NCBI RefSeq assembly: GCF_044704955.1
Contig: NC_091985.1
Span: 59,706,001 to 59,770,000, forward strand
Source: Pristiophorus japonicus
Taxonomy: Eukaryota
Length of the DNA stretch: 64,000 nt
Reading direction: 5' to 3'
The notes beneath the pieces were generated by a model that made no database searches, had not been told where the DNA came from, and saw only the letters and a program-made list of their open reading frames with translations. Within the stretch, counting starts at the first letter, position 1; each line of letters begins with the position of its first letter. Made by a program: the position numbers and the translations under genes. Shown here piece after piece: positions 37,500-51,014 of the stretch.

Positions 37500-39315
37500 T
37501 TGACAATCATTACTTTTTTATGCAACGAGTGGTTAGGATTTGGAATGCACTGCCTGATACTGGGGTCAAGTTTCGGGCTGCGCCTAGAACGGCGCTGCGC
37601 CGCGAGCCACGCCTGATTTCTGCGCTCAAAATCGCGCCGAAAACTTACCTCGGTATTCTCCACTCCCTCAGGTCGATCCAAGCCCTCGGTGCAGCGCAGC
37701 ACAAGCTGTGGGGGGGCGGAGCCAGGTCCCTGCGCTGAAAACAGTGCCGGGACCTCTGCACATGCTCGCTACAGTGTGCGCGCATGTGCAGTAGCTCCAG
37801 GTGCTCGAAACTGTGTGGGAGGGGCCGAAGCACGCTGCCCCTAGCCCTGGCCGAATGGGCTCACTGGGCGGCGATGAGACTGCACCTCCCTCCTCCAGCT
37901 CCTGCTCCTGCTGTGGCTCCAGCTTCCTCCCCTGTTCAGCTGAAGCTCCCTCTGGCTCACTCATACCCCCTCCCCCCCGCCCCACCCAGCTCCTGCTCTG
38001 CTGCTCGCTCCCCCCCACCACAGCTCCCGCTCCGCAGCCCGCTCCCCCCCCCCTCCCCCAGCTCTGCTGCCCGCTCCCCCCCCCCCCTCCCCCAGCTCCG
38101 CTGCCCGCTCCCCCATCCCCCAGCTCCGCTCACCCCTTCAAGTCCAGTCCGCTCCCTCTTCCTTCGGGCGGGGCCCGCCCGCCTGGCATCTTGCTGGGGT
38201 TGGGCCCCGCCCGAAGTCTTCGGCCCGGCTTCTTCACGTCGGCCGGGCCCGTTCAGCCTCCTCCCTCTCCCCTCCTCTCCCTCTCCCCCTCCCCTCCTTT
38301 CTCTTCCCTCCCCTCCTTTCTCTTCCCTCCCCTCCTTTCTCTTCCCTCCCCCTTCTCCCTTTCCTCCCTCTCCTCCCCCTCCCCTCCCTCCCTCTCCTCC
38401 ACCCTTCCCTCTCCTCCTCCTCCTCCCCCCTCCCTCTCCTCCCCTCCTCCTCCTACTACTCCCCGCCCTCGCTGTCAGAAACACATAAACACTGACAGAC
38501 AGAGAGAGAGAGAAACACTGACACTGACAGACAGAGGGAGAGAGAGAGACACACACACGGACAGAGAGAGACACAGACAGAGACAGAGACAGACACATTG
38601 GGGGGGCCCCGTCCCAGCACGCTGTTGGAGGGCTCCCGGTGCTACAGTCGGTAATTTTTTATTTATTGATTTTTAATTGTTTTTATTTTTTATTAATTTT
38701 CTTTGATTGATTTATTGGTTGAATTATTGATTTATTTATCATTTATTATTGATGATGGCTCTTTATTTGTAAAACTGAAGTGTTTAATGTTTGTAAACTT
38801 TCCTTCACCTCCCCCCCACCCCATTCCCTACGCCTGATTTTCTAAGTGTAGGCAAGGTTTTTCTGAGCGTACAAAAATCTACACTTACTCTATTCTAAGT
38901 TTGTTTGGAGTAAGTTTTCACTGCCTAAACTTTCAAAACAGGCGTAAGTGGCCGGACACACCCCCTTTTGAAAAAGAAAATCTGTTCCAAAATGAAACTG
39001 TTCTAACTGACTAGAACTGGAACAAACTAAATGCCGAGAATTGCAATTTCTAAGATACTCAATTCTAAACCAGTTGCTCCAAAAAAATAGGAGCAACTCA
39101 GGCTGAAACTTGACCCCACAGAGTGGTGGATACAGATTCAATACTAGCCTTCAAAAGGGAATTGGATAAATGCTTGAAGGAGAAAAATGTGCAGGGTTAT
39201 GAGGAAAGAGCTGGGGAATTGGGACTAACTGGATTGCTCTTCGAAAGAACCGGTGCAGACTCGATGGGCCAAATGGCTTTTTTCTGTGTTGTATTATTCT
39301 ATGATTCTATTCTAT
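37500..39315 (+). mobile_element. CR1 3' end split by a MITE (pieces ~37500-37561 and 39118-39315)
   Basis: FFMQRVVRIWNALPD | VVDTDSILAFKRELDK, followed by a CR1 tail. Confidence 0.75.
37562..39117 (-). mobile_element. Non-autonomous Harbinger-type element (copy 2, inverted)
   Basis: TIRs GGGGTCAAGTTTC / GAAACTTGACCCC; flanks ACT/ACA; C-rich core and (GA)n. Confidence 0.85.
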
Positions 39316-39489
39316 AATTATAAGGGAGTCACTGGACACAGTATGCTAGAAAGAGGTCCATATATGCAATAAGGGTGTGCAATCAGACACAAGCAAATAC
39401 AGATCCCATTAGATTTACTTCAATTCTGTGTAAGATAATGGAATAACAGGAGCAAACATGATTATTATCTAAAGTCAATAACCGGATAA

Positions 39490-39830
39490 GCAGCAGCTGG
39501 CAAGGATTCAAAAAGGAATAATCCTGTCTGACCAACCTTCTGAAGTTCTTTGAGGAAGTGACAACCTAAGTGAAGTCTGGATAATCCTATGACATAGTGT
39601 ACCTCGCCTTCCAAAAGGCATTTCATAAAGTTCCATACAAAAGGCCATTTGTTAAACTCAAAGCTATGAGAATCCAGGGTAAATCTTGAACTTGGATCAA
39701 CAATTGGCTAGAAGGTAGAAAACAACAGCTACTTGTTAGATGAGTTAATTTCAGACAAGGGGAAGTACTGAGTGGAGTGCCCCAGGGAGTGGTGTTGAGG
39801 CAATTACTTTTTTCTAATTTACGTCAATGA
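39490..39830 (+). mobile_element. Decayed CR1 RT fragment
   Basis: SCLTNLLKFFEEV / YLAFQKAFHKVP / SGVPQGVVL remnants. Confidence 0.65.
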
Positions 39831-42357
39831 CCACGATTCAAAAAGTCAATGCCTTAAAAATCCCTTGGTCAGTGCTGGCTATTGAAGATGCCTGATTATC
39901 CAAGCTTGCGCGCTCAATTTTTAGTTGTACATTTCAAGAAATATAGAACAGAAATGGTTCCACATTGGGATTTGCTACTGTTTGAAATGTTGCAAAATCC
40001 TGGCCCTGATTAACTGGAATGGATAAACAGATGCAATTAAACAGAGCAGGGGAACGCAACTATCCCACTTGTGGTAAACATGAAATGAGATTTTTCCCAA
40101 CAAATCGATTTATTTTACAGATTTTCTTAAAAGCCAAATGGTCAGTAACTGTTTGGACATTTCATATATTCAAAAGAATGTGTTGTGGTCTTGTCAGTTT
40201 GGATATTAATTATATTCAGCATTACTTCGTACTCAAAAAAAAATGCCGCTGGTAACATAATTTAAACTAGAATACGGACAGGAGACATGATTTTTATGTT
40301 GACACTAGTTGTCCAGATTAAATAACGTCAATAGAAGAGAGAAAAATTAATCTTGCAAAGCCTGTAACACACCTAAGATGGGGGTGAGGGGGCTGTCTTT
40401 ATTCCTTGGAACAAATTCAACACAATTATTTTCAAAATGTTACAAGTTTATGACTTTTTATTGTATCACTATTTTTTGCAATTGATCATTAGAATGCAAT
40501 GTATCTTTAAAAATTTGGATAACCAGCCACGTAATGAAATGGAAAGTTTAAACCTTTGCACAATGGGTATTCTGTTCAGCTTCAAAATCTCTTCCTAAAT
40601 TTATGTGCAAATAGTATTCATTAAAATGTTGTTTTAGCTAATAAACCCACATTGACCTGCCAATAAAAATCTTGGTGCATCAGCCAAACTGTCTCTTCCA
40701 CAAACGTAGTCCTTCTAGTAGATAAATTCTATAATTCTTAAACATCATAATTCATTAATAGTGCAGTTATACTGTATACACCGGCTTGAGTTGCTGCCAT
40801 TTTTAAGACTAGCGCTTGTTCTCTAATCAGACAAAGCATGGGTGCTCAAAACTCATGCATTGAAGTCTACATGTTTTTCTTCGAGCTATCCCATCAGTTC
40901 CAAAATTAAAAACCTTCACATTAAACTTAAAGGGAATTAAATGGACTGCCTGAAAATTGTTAACATTTGGCTAAGTACCAATTGCAATTATACGACTAGC
41001 ATTAGGTTGTTCCTTAGTGATTTAATTTGATTTACTTTACTACAGAAACTGCAGTTATACTGTGAAGCTGTGTTACACCAACACAGAATCTGTAGTAAAA
41101 CTGCCCCTTAATATTTAAATAAAATGGGTATTTTTATGTTGAACCCACAAATGCAAAATTATTTGAGAAAAATAAAGATGTACAGTTTTTTCGGGATGAG
41201 GGCAAAGCAGGAGATTGGGCTTTTATTACTTTCTCTTTGTCTGTTGACGACCAGTACCACACACAACTATGTAGGCACTCTGTTCCAAGAACTGCTTTTT
41301 AACAATCTACTTGGAAGTATGATGATGATTCAGGATGATCGTCCTAATCCACACAGATCAAGAATATCCCAGTACTAGTTCATGCTGAATTATGTAATCT
41401 CAGTTCAGTGGAGCGGGAGGGGTAAGAGCACAGGAGGAGCATTAGAAGAACTACAACTGGGCTTGGGGCTAATGAGGGGGAAAAACAACTCTGCTAGGGT
41501 TCCCATTCCGGATTACTAAAATGATACCTTATTAAAAAAAATGTGCGTGTACAGGATTGCACTTGACTCTTCAGAACTGTTGAATGTGTCTAGCATTCAC
41601 TGGCATTCCAGTATTTGAATGTGGTATAACATGGAATCATTTGTGCAATTTACAAACTTCAATTGTGCTATAATGCAGGGGTATTGGGTGCAAGCCAGAT
41701 GCTTTCATTCAGGAACAGGCAGTCATCCTGGTCTGGTTTGATGTATTTCCTACCAGTCAGCTATAAAACTATATTGGTAAAGGTCTGTGGACAGATTGCC
41801 ATGGTATTTTCTCTCTACACCAAGCAACACACAACTTGTGAAAAGAAAGAGGAGAATGCTAAATTTGAAAAAAGTAACAATTTTTATAAAAAGTTGTAAG
41901 CCAATAATTGCACAAAATGTTCTGGTCAAAACAAGTACGGTATCGAACAAGCAAGTCTCAGGTAATCATGATGCCACGAGTTTTCGGTTGTGTGTGCAGA
42001 CTTCTAATTGCAACAACTTATATTTATATAATGCCTTTAACATTGTGAAACATTCGAAGGCGCTTCACAGGAGTATTAGAAGACAAAAAATTTGACTACA
42101 GTTAAAATCATCCATTAACACTGTATCTGCATCATTCTGTTGAACTGCATAGCACATTAGATCTTTGAATAAGATTACCTATGAAAATGCAGAGTATAAC
42201 TGTAAAATGACGGTGCTAATTATATTTTTTGTTTTGCAAGAATAGCTTGATCAGGTTACTGTGTGAAAATTCTATGATTTTGAAGTTAAAAATGATAAGC
42301 GATTCTTGCATTTACTTAAAAAAAAATAAAGTTCTACTTGTTAACCAGAAATCCTAC

Positions 42358-42512
42358 CTCGTTTCCTCAGTAACCATAAAAAAGCCACCATCAGGAGCAT
42401 CGATCCAATTTGGCCGTTGTCTCTTGATCACTGGAATGGTGCCAGGCTGGATTACGTTGATGCCAGTCGACATTACATTTCCATTAACCAAGTATGGGAA
42501 ATGGTCAGTGTT
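42358..42512 (-). CDS. MTA3: MTA-family exon (155 nt, phase 0 to 2): NTDHFPYLVNGNVMSTGINVIQPGTIPVIKRQRPNWIDAPDGGFFMVTEET(R)
   Basis: tttatttcag acceptor and gtagga donor. Resembles the human MTA1 segment, recalled as LLLNG...PPVKRRRMNWIDAPDDVFYMATEETR. Confidence 0.88.
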
Positions 42513-42996
42513 CTGAAATAAATTACAGGAACAGACCAAATTAAAGATATCTGTCATTTGTTAATTTGCTGTTGCCAGCATTTGGTTCATAGGATCTTTA
42601 GTTTACTTTTTCACTGCAAAATCCACACTGGTCTTTTCTAGACATTCATGTCACAAATAAAAGACTATTGGCTAAAAATTGGATAGCCCCCGAAAATGGG
42701 CACAGGGTTCCCAATGTGCGATTAACTCGTGCCCATTCAATGTAATACAGGCAGCAGGTAAACTTTGCTATGCCTGCTAATTATCATCATAGTGATGTGC
42801 AGCCAAATGCTAAACACACTGCTGAGTGGCTGCACGCTCAGCAGGGGACCCAAGTTCGTGTGAGGCTAGCACCAATTAAAGTTAGCCTGCAGTTCGTAAA
42901 GCCAGCCTGCAGTTCTTATAGGGGAGGTGTGTTCTGGCTGCAGCAGGTAGTGGAAGTCATTGTAGAGGAGTGTGTGACCTACAGGATGAGTGACGA

Positions 42997-45350
42997 TGGT
43001 GCAACATGGCAGAGAGAGCTCCCAGATTTTCAATAGCAGCACTCAAGGTCCTGGCGCAGGAGATGGACAGAAGGAGAGATGTTCTTTATCCACAAGGGGC
43101 CAGGAGGCCCTCCAGACAGACACTGAGAAGGTAATGGGAGCAGATAGCCGTCGCTGTCAATGCAAGCAGTGTAGCCAGAGGACTGGATGCAGTGCAGGAA
43201 GAAGTTTAATGACCTCTCATGAGTGGTCAAGGTCGGTGAATCATTTTCAAATGCCATATCCCACAAACTGTACCACTAGCCTCACATACTGCTCATTCAC
43301 CATACCCCCATTACTCATCTACCAACAATTTCTATCAATCACAACTGATAGCTCACATTCACATGCTCCATCTCACCCTCACACACTTACCACTACTGCA
43401 AGCCTCACACCCACATCTCACAGCTAGCACATACTACCACCAACGATGCCTCTTGCAAGATCCTACAAATTCCCTGCCAGAACAGACGCATTAACATTAG
43501 CGCCCTCGACCAGGCCAACATCCCCAGCATTGAAACACTGACTACACTTGATCAGCTCCGCTGCGCGGACAACATTGTCCGCATGCCAGACACGAGACAC
43601 CCGAAATAAGCGCTCTACTCGGAACTCCTTCATGGCAAACGAGCCAAAGGTGGACAGAGAAAACGTTACAAGAACACCCTCAAAGCCTCCTTGGTAAAGT
43701 GCAGCATCCCCACCAACTCCTGGGAGTCCCTGGTCAAAGACCACCCTAGGTGGAGGAGGTGGATCCGGGAAGGTGCTAAGCGCCTTGAGACTCGTCGGCA
43801 AGTGCATGCGGAAGACAAGCTCAGGCTGTGGAAGGAACGTGCGGCAAACCTGTCCCACCCTCTGTTACCCTCAACTACTGTCTGTCCCACCTGTGTACCT
43901 CACATAGGACTGTTCAGCTACCTAAGGGCTCATTCTAAAAGTGGAAGCAAGTCTTCCTCGATTCCGAGGGACTGCCTATGATGACTACCAGCTATTAAAC
44001 CATGACAGCCACATCAGCCAAGCACAGTGAACCACACTCACCGACACATTTCTCTCTCTCTTGCAGGACAAGGTGGCGCACAATTGTAGGCAGCTGCAGA
44101 TAACATGAGGGGGACAGGCACACCTCCATATCCTAACCCCACTCGAGGGGATGGTGCTCACCATAAATGGAGTGGCTGTGACAGAGGCTGTGGCCAGGGG
44201 CAGCACGGAAAGCAGTGAAGATGACAGTATGCTCATCCCACTTCCCAATCATCCCACAATCTTTTCTGACGCAAGCTGCAAATGGCATAAGCATACACCT
44301 CTTTTGCTTTCCCACCCTTCCCCTCAGCACAACCCTACGTTTGTGCCTTTCTCATTATAGAGACCCAAGAAATACAACCTGGCCAGGCACTGGTGCAAGA
44401 GGAAAGTGATCTGGCACTTTCAGCCAGCACCTCAGGTACTGGCATTGTTCGAACTTTAGAGGGTGCTTAGAGGCGGGATATGCATATGGTAAGTCCCCAA
44501 GCACGAGCGGGCTGCAGCCAGGGCAGGGGGAAAGGGTAGTGCAGGTGCCAGCTCCCTGAGGATGAGTCGCACACGAGTTCTGCTGCACAGGACTCAGATG
44601 AGGACTTCGATTGGGTGGCCTACAGAAGAAAACTCATACATATGCACAATGAAATGCTTGGTGCATTGGCAGACCTGCCTGAAAGCCTGAATGTAATGTC
44701 AAGGAGCATGGAGAAGTCCAGCATCAACCTTGCACAGGGCTTTGCACATAGCATGGAGCCCATCTTTCCAGCGTGAAAGGGGTGGGCAGATCCATGAGCA
44801 CACTTGTGGACCCAACCATCATGCAGCGTCTGATGGCCGATGTCTCAGCTTCCATTGCAGCACAAGTAGAATCCACCCACTTCTGAGTGCTGCGATGGAA
44901 TCTCACACAAGTCACGCAAGCTAAGCTGCTGCCATCAAGGGTGGGTTTACCAGTGTTGAAAGGGGCTTGCAGGGTGTCTCAGCATTCCAGAAATCTGTCC
45001 TCTAGCCAATTACTTGGATTGCTAAGGCGCCACCCCAGGGGAGTGGCAGTGGCTCTGTGGTGGAGGATCTTGCTGTCCTCTCTCAGGATGACAGCCTTCG
45101 TCCTTCCACCACTGCGACTCTGCCAGTGCCTTTGTTGTTGTCTATCAGCCAGCCAGCCCGGACTGCTGCTGTCCATGCTGGGGTGGTGCAGTTTACACAG
45201 CTGCTCGAGGTCATACTGCAAGGCCATCTCAGTCTCCCCCACTGAAAGTCAGCAGCCTTCCGTCAGCCATGCTGCAGCCACAGCGTAGGTGCACTAGGAC
45301 AGGCAAAGGCACACTAAAGACAGGCACTAAGGGAATGCACAAGGGGGATT
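42997..45350 (+). pseudogene. Harbinger Myb/SANT-like gene remnant
   Basis: GRERAPRF....LKVLAQE..RRRDVLYP...WEQIAVAVNASSVA.RTWMQCRKKFNDL across frameshifts; a DKVAHN exon follows; the C-terminus is homologous to 4368-4919. Confidence 0.75.
43436..43985 (+). mobile_element. RTE LINE 3' fragment
   Basis: MPDTRHPK*ALYSEL..KRYKNTLKASL..CPTC; GGGACTGCCTATGATGA tail. Confidence 0.88.
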
Positions 45351-45944
45351 AGTTGACTTTTAAATGAAATATTTTAATGGTTTGATTCATAAAATTGGTT
45401 TGGAATGTTAAGTTTGTGGTGGGTTTTATTGTAGCCAAAAGGGCATTGTGATGGTCCGTAACAGAGGGAATGTGCGGTGTGGGACTATTGTTGAATGGGG
45501 AATTGGGGTTACGTCCAACAGTACCGCAGTCGGATGAGTCGATTACAGAGAGCCCGAGCAAAAAGGGGCTGTCTGGGTTATCTCCTCCCTTCTGGTTCCT
45601 CCTCCTCCTCCTCTTCAACTGGTTGATGTATGCCTGTTGGCAAGGGCTGCGGGGTGTGTGTGTGTGTGTGGAAGAGAGGGACTGCCGGGTGGGGGGAAGA
45701 GAGAGTGACCTGAGGGGGGGGGGGGTAAAAGAGAGAGAGAGACTGTGGGGGGGGGGGGCGGGGGGGGGGAAGGGGTTACAGCAGGGCTCCTCCAAAGCAG
45801 TCCAGGTGGAGGAAGAGTTATTTTAAGGATGCCAATGGTCTGCTCTATCAGATACTGTGTGACGGCATGGCTCTCATTATATGCATGTTGCCCACATGTG
45901 GTTGGGTTGCGCAGCAGATTCATGAGCCAGTTTATAAAAAAATT

Positions 45945-46215
45945 AATTCATGGGATACGGGCGTTGCTGTCAAGGCCAGCACTTATTGCCCATCGCTAAT
46001 TGAAAATGTATTGGTGAGCTGCCTTCTTGAATCACTGCAGTTTGTGATGTGAAGGTGCTCCCATAGTGCTGTTATGGAGGGGGTTCCAGGATTTTGACCC
46101 AGTGACGATGAAGGAACGGTGATATATTTCCAAGTCAGGATGATGTGTGACTTGGAGGGGAATTTGCAGGTGATGGTGTTCCCATGCACCCGCTGCCCTT
46201 GTCCTTCTACGTGGC
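45945..46215 (-). mobile_element. Zenon-like LINE 3' tail
   Basis: Same tail as 8383-8660. Confidence 0.75.
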
Positions 46216-46832
46216 CAGCAGAGAGCCCTCGTTACCCAGTAACCACCCCCTGGTATGTCGTGGTAGCTCAAATGCTGATGTACAGCTGATTGCTGCAGAA
46301 TCAAGGCATCATGTTGCTGCCAGGATACCGAGCATTGCCTTGCATGATGCGCTGAGTATGGTCACACACTAGCTGGATTGAGAGAGTGGAATTCCGGTTG
46401 CAGTATATCACTGAATTGAGATGTGTCGCCTACAAAGCGACATGTGTGCAAGTCAATGGCACCCTGCACCATGGGGAAGCCTGCTATCCTGACGAAGCCA
46501 TGTGCTTGTTCCGCCTGCTTCTCTCTGCCAAGAGAGAATGAAATGTATTCTCCTTGCCTACAGAGCCTCACTCACTTCCCTTTTACAATAGTGGATGGCG
46601 AACTGGGAGATGTTACAGATGTCACCTGCTTCAGCCTGGAAGGAGCCCGACCCAATGAAGTTCTAGGCCACAGTCACCTTTACAGTGACTGGCAGTGCCG
46701 TCCTCGTCCTGGACTGAGGGTGCAGGTCTTCCTGCACCAGGTGGCAGATTTCAGTAACACCTCCTTAGTAAAACGGAGATGTCGCACACATTGTTCCTGG
46801 CTGAGGTTGAGGTAGAACAATTGCTCCCTGAA

Positions 46833-47722
46833 TTGTCTCTAAATTGTCAGTCTGCTTGTTCGACATCCAGTACTCGATGAGGAAAAATTTTCTTCAATTA
46901 AATATTGGGAAGACCAAAGCCATTGTCTTTGGTTCCCGCCACAAACTGCCTTCCCTAGTCATTGATTCCATCCCTGTCCCTAGCATCTATCTGAGGTTAA
47001 GCCAGACTGTTCGCAACCTAGGCATCATATTTGACCCTGAAATGAGCTTCCGGTCACATATCCGCGGCATAACTAAAACCGCCTATTTCCATCTCCATAA
47101 CATTGTTCGCCTCCGCCCGGCCTCAGCTCATCTGCTGCTGAAACCCTCATCCATGCCTTTGTTACCTCTAGACTTGACTACTCCAATGCACTCCTGGCTG
47201 GCCGCCCACATTCTACCCTATATAAATGTGAGGTCATCCAAAACTCGGCAGCCATGACCCGATCACCCATCACCTCTGTGCTTGCTGACCTACATTGGCT
47301 CCTGGTTAAGCAACACCTCGATTTCAAAATTCTCATCCTTGTTTACAAATCCCTCCATGGCCTCGCCCCTCCCTATCTCTATAATCTCTTTCAGCCTCAC
47401 AATCCCACGAAATGTCTGCGCTCCTCAAATTCTGCCCTCTTGAGCATTCCTGATTATAACTGCTCAACCATCAGTGGCCGTGCCTTCAGCTGCCTGGACC
47501 CTAAGCTCTGGAACTCCCTCCCTAAAACTCTCCACCTCTCTACATCTCTTTCCTCCTTTAAGACACTAATTAAAACCTATCTCTTTGACCAAGTTTCTGC
47601 AGTTATTTCTTCTTATGTGGTTCGGTGTCGAATTTATCTGTTTTGTCTTATAACAGTGCTGTGAAGCACCTTGGGACATTTTACTACGTTAAAGGCGCTA
47701 CATAAATAAAAGTTGTTATTAT
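46833..47722 (+). mobile_element. L2 LINE 3' fragment
   Basis: NFLQLNIGKTKAIVFG, VRNLGIIFDPEMSF, ITSVLADLHWL, GRAFSCLDPKLWNSLP; (GTT)n tail. Confidence 0.92.
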
Positions 47723-47994
47723 TGAAGACCCTGGGTGGATATGGCCTTGTGCCGAGAACCCTGCTCCCTATACTCCTTCTGCCTCTTCCAGCAGCTTGTC
47801 CTGCTCTGTGTCGCCTCTTCTCATTTTCCCCATCAAGCTACAGGCCAAGGGGGATACAAACTACTGCACCCATGTCTGGAAGCAACTGGTTTGAGTAAAC
47901 CCCTTGCAAGTCAGTACCAGGTCCTTGAGTACGTGCCACCCACCACCAGGAGATTTTCAAAGTGGTATTTAAAGGGATAATCACTCCCATTAAG

Positions 47995-49165
47995 GGTGAA
48001 TGTGGACTACTTAGATTTCCAGAAGGCATTCGATGAGGTGCCACATAAAAGGTTACTGCACAAGATAAAAGTTCACGGGGTTCGGGGTAATATATTAGCA
48101 TGGATAGAGGATTGGCTAACTAACAGAAAACAGAGTCGGGATAAATGGGTCTTTTTCCGATTGGCAAACAGTATCTAGTGGGGTGCCACAGAGATCGGTG
48201 CTGGGGCCTCAACTATTTACAATCTATATTAATGATTTGGATGAAGGGACTGAGTGTAATAGAGCCAAGTTTGCTGATGATACAAAGATGGGTGGGAAAG
48301 CAAGTTGTGAGGAGGACACAAAAGGGATATAGGCAGGCTAAGTGAGTGGACAAAAATTTGGCAGATGGAGTATAATGTGGGAAAGTGTGAGGTTATCCAC
48401 TTTGGCAGAAAAAATAAAGCAAATTATTATTTAAATGGAGAAAAATTACAAAATGCTGCAGTACAGAGGGACCTGGGGGTCCTTGTGCCTGAAACACAAA
48501 AAGTTAGTATGCAGGTACAGCAAGTAATCAGGAAGTCAAATGGAATGTTGGCCTTTATTACAAGGGGGATGGAGTATAAAAGCAGAGAAGTCCTGCTACA
48601 ACTGTACAGGGTATTAGTGAAGCTTCTGCTAGACTGCTGCTTACAGGTTTGGTCTCCTTTTTTAAGGAGGGATATACTTGCATTGGAGGCAGTTCAGAGA
48701 AGGGTCACTAGGTTGATTCCTGAGATGAAGGGTTTGACTTATGAAGAAAGGTTAAGTAGGTTGGGCCTATACTCATTGGAGTTCAGAAGAATGAGATGTG
48801 ATCTTATTGAAACATATAAGATACTGAGGGGGCTTGACAGGGTAGATGCAGGATGTTTCCACTCATGGAGGAATCTAGAACTAGGGGGCATAGTTTCAGA
48901 ATAAGGGGTCGCCCATTTAAAACTGAGATGATGAGGAATTTCTTCTCAGGGGATTGTAAATCTGTGGAATTCTCTCCCCCAAGAGCTGTGGAGGCTAGGT
49001 CATTGAATATATTTAAGGCGGAGATAGACAGATTTTTGAGCGATAAGGGAGTAAAGGGCAGGGAAGTGGAGCTGAGCCCATGATCAGATTAGCCATGATC
49101 TTATTGAATTGCGGAGCAGGTTCGAGGGGCCAAATGGCCCTACTCCTACTTCTTATGTTCTAAGT
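47995..49165 (+). mobile_element. CR1 LINE fragment (RT to 3' end)
   Basis: YLDFQKAFDEVPHKRLL; ORF 48365-48904; CR1 tail. Confidence 0.92.
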
Positions 49166-49304
49166 CTCTGGTTAGTCATTTTAGGCTGCTTGGGTTCTTT
49201 TGGGTGAAGTTTTTGGTAGTGTTGGACATTGTTTGGCTGTTAAATACTTTGGAAAAGAGAGTTTGTGGAGGGCTACATTGTTTCACTGATTTTTCTTGTT
49301 CAAT

Positions 49305-49510
49305 TACTGAACATGAACATGCTGCTGGGCTTACCATTCAAGCTCCCAAATTAAGAGGTGGAGGAGGAGGAGCAGCAGCAGCAAGGAAGACAGCAAAGAC
49401 CTGCAAAGGCTGCAAGAAGAGGACAGAGGAGGCATGGGCACTGGAGGGATTACAGCATGTGGGTATCCAGAAACCCATCATCATACCTGCACCTCACAGA
49501 AGAGGATTTA
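49305..49510 (+). pseudogene. Harbinger transposase N-terminal remnant
   Basis: MLLGLP..EEEEQQQQGR...SYLHLTEED resembles the RRSYLHLSDVDC N-terminus of the 20173 transposase. Confidence 0.45.
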
Positions 49511-49999
49511 CAACATTATAATGCAACTCTACGAATCGGAATTTTATACAGAATTTTTCTTAATGGTTTATGTTATGAATGTTACTTTTTGGCTGGGGAA
49601 ACATTCAAGATTGTGGCTCAGACCAACTTCATGAAATTTTTGGAACGACTTGATACTTGCAGGAACAAGATTGGTATATTTCAATTTGGGATTCATAGCT
49701 TTCTTCAACTTATTAATTCCTTGTTACTTATGGGCTGAATCATATGATTTTTGATTTGTTCATATTTAGTCAATTAGTTATTTATTGGCGATTTAAGAAA
49801 TAACTCCTCATTTTACCCACTCATTAATTTTCACCCCATGTCCTGAGATTCAAAACTTTTGAAATGTGAAATATCCTAGATGCCAGGCTTTTAACTAAAT
49901 AGATATATTTTGAAGAGCAAAAATACTAAATATTCAGTATGTTTTATTAAAGCAATATATTACAAGTTTCCAGGTATGTAATGATATCTTAATGTGATT

Positions 50000-50350
50000 T
50001 AGAATAAAGGCTAACATTCCATTTGCTTTCCTGATTACTTGCTGTACCTGTATACTAACTTTTTGTGTTTCATGCAGAAGGACCCCAGGCCCCTCTGTAG
50101 TGCAGCATTTTGTAATTTCTCTCCGTTTAAATAATAATTGGCTTTTTTATTTTTTCGGCCAATGTAATAACCTCACACTTTCCCACATTATACGCTATCT
50201 GTCAAATTTTACACACTCACTTAGCCTGTCTATATCCCTTTGCAGATTTTTTGTGTCCTCCTCACAACTTGCTTTCCCACCCATCTTTGTATCATCAGCA
50301 AACTTGGCTACATTACACTCGGTCCCTTCATCCAAGTCATTAATATATAC
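50000..50350 (-). mobile_element. CR1 RT fragment
   Basis: Reverse of YINDLDEGTECNVAKFADDTKMGG. Confidence 0.8.
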
Positions 50351-50982
50351 AGGGAATTGGATTTTACCCAAACACCTTGAGACTATCCATTCCCATTGGC
50401 AACAAATGTGCTATGAAATTAAATTCTGAAATAGAAAATACAAAATTCAGCTGTTTTCAATCACATAAAAAAAACTCTTTCCCCTGGCCCTGACCAATAA
50501 ATGGGACTGCTCAAATTGCTGACTTGAATGAAATGCAATCTAATATATGAAAGAGTTCATCTTTATTCAAATTCTTTTTAGTTTCTGTTTGTCTTCCACT
50601 TAAACTACATTCGGAGCATTTTTTAAACATTATGGCCCCAGCATAAGTCAGGAAGGCACTTTTTTTGCAAGAGCTTAACTTGACTTGAGCTGAACTCGGC
50701 TGTGCTTCTGGGTTCAGCTCATTTAAATGATTGGAGCAAACACTCGGAAGTTTACCACCTGGGATTTGGTGCTCGCTCCAAATCAGAGGAAGAAAGTAGG
50801 ACACTGCTGGAAAGATGTTTAGCGGTGCAAATCCTCAGATGCTTTTCAGCCTGCTGGCTTCTGTCAGGAACTACTGCAGTACCATTACATAGAATTAAAC
50901 AAATCAGAATTCAATTCTTCGCTAATAAAATCAGGCTTTGATGTTCACTAATTGTTAGATAATTCTAACAAAATGCACTTAC

Positions 50983-51014
50983 CATTAGTGGTCCTTGTAC
51001 GTGACTTGTAACAT
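50983..51014 (-). CDS. MTA3: MTA-family microexon (32 nt, phase 1 to 0): (D)VTSHVQGPLM
   Basis: ctaatctaatgtttcag acceptor and gtaagt donor. It supplies the phase change needed between its neighbours and aligns with MTA1 GLANHGQARHM (H, Q and M in register). Confidence 0.8.

Larger units (their letters stand above)
45520..47873 (-). pseudogene. Harbinger transposase, interrupted by an L2 and a LINE tail
   Basis: MGAVVCIPLGL..RPYPPRVF|L2|REQLFYLNLSQEQCVRHLRFTKEV; IAGFPMVQGAID; YNESHAVTQYLIEQTIGILK. Confidence 0.85.
42670..47990. mobile_element. Decayed autonomous-type Harbinger with nested LINEs
   Basis: GGCTAAAAATT-type left end; Myb-like gene on + (~43000-45350) converging on a transposase on minus (47873 to ~45520). 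The right TIR was not identified. Confidence 0.8.

Noticed and set aside
37784-38676. Long Pro-rich and Gly-rich ORFs (also 32365-32854 and 45349-45999)
   Set aside because: Artefacts of low-complexity C/G-rich tracts inside transposons, open on both strands.
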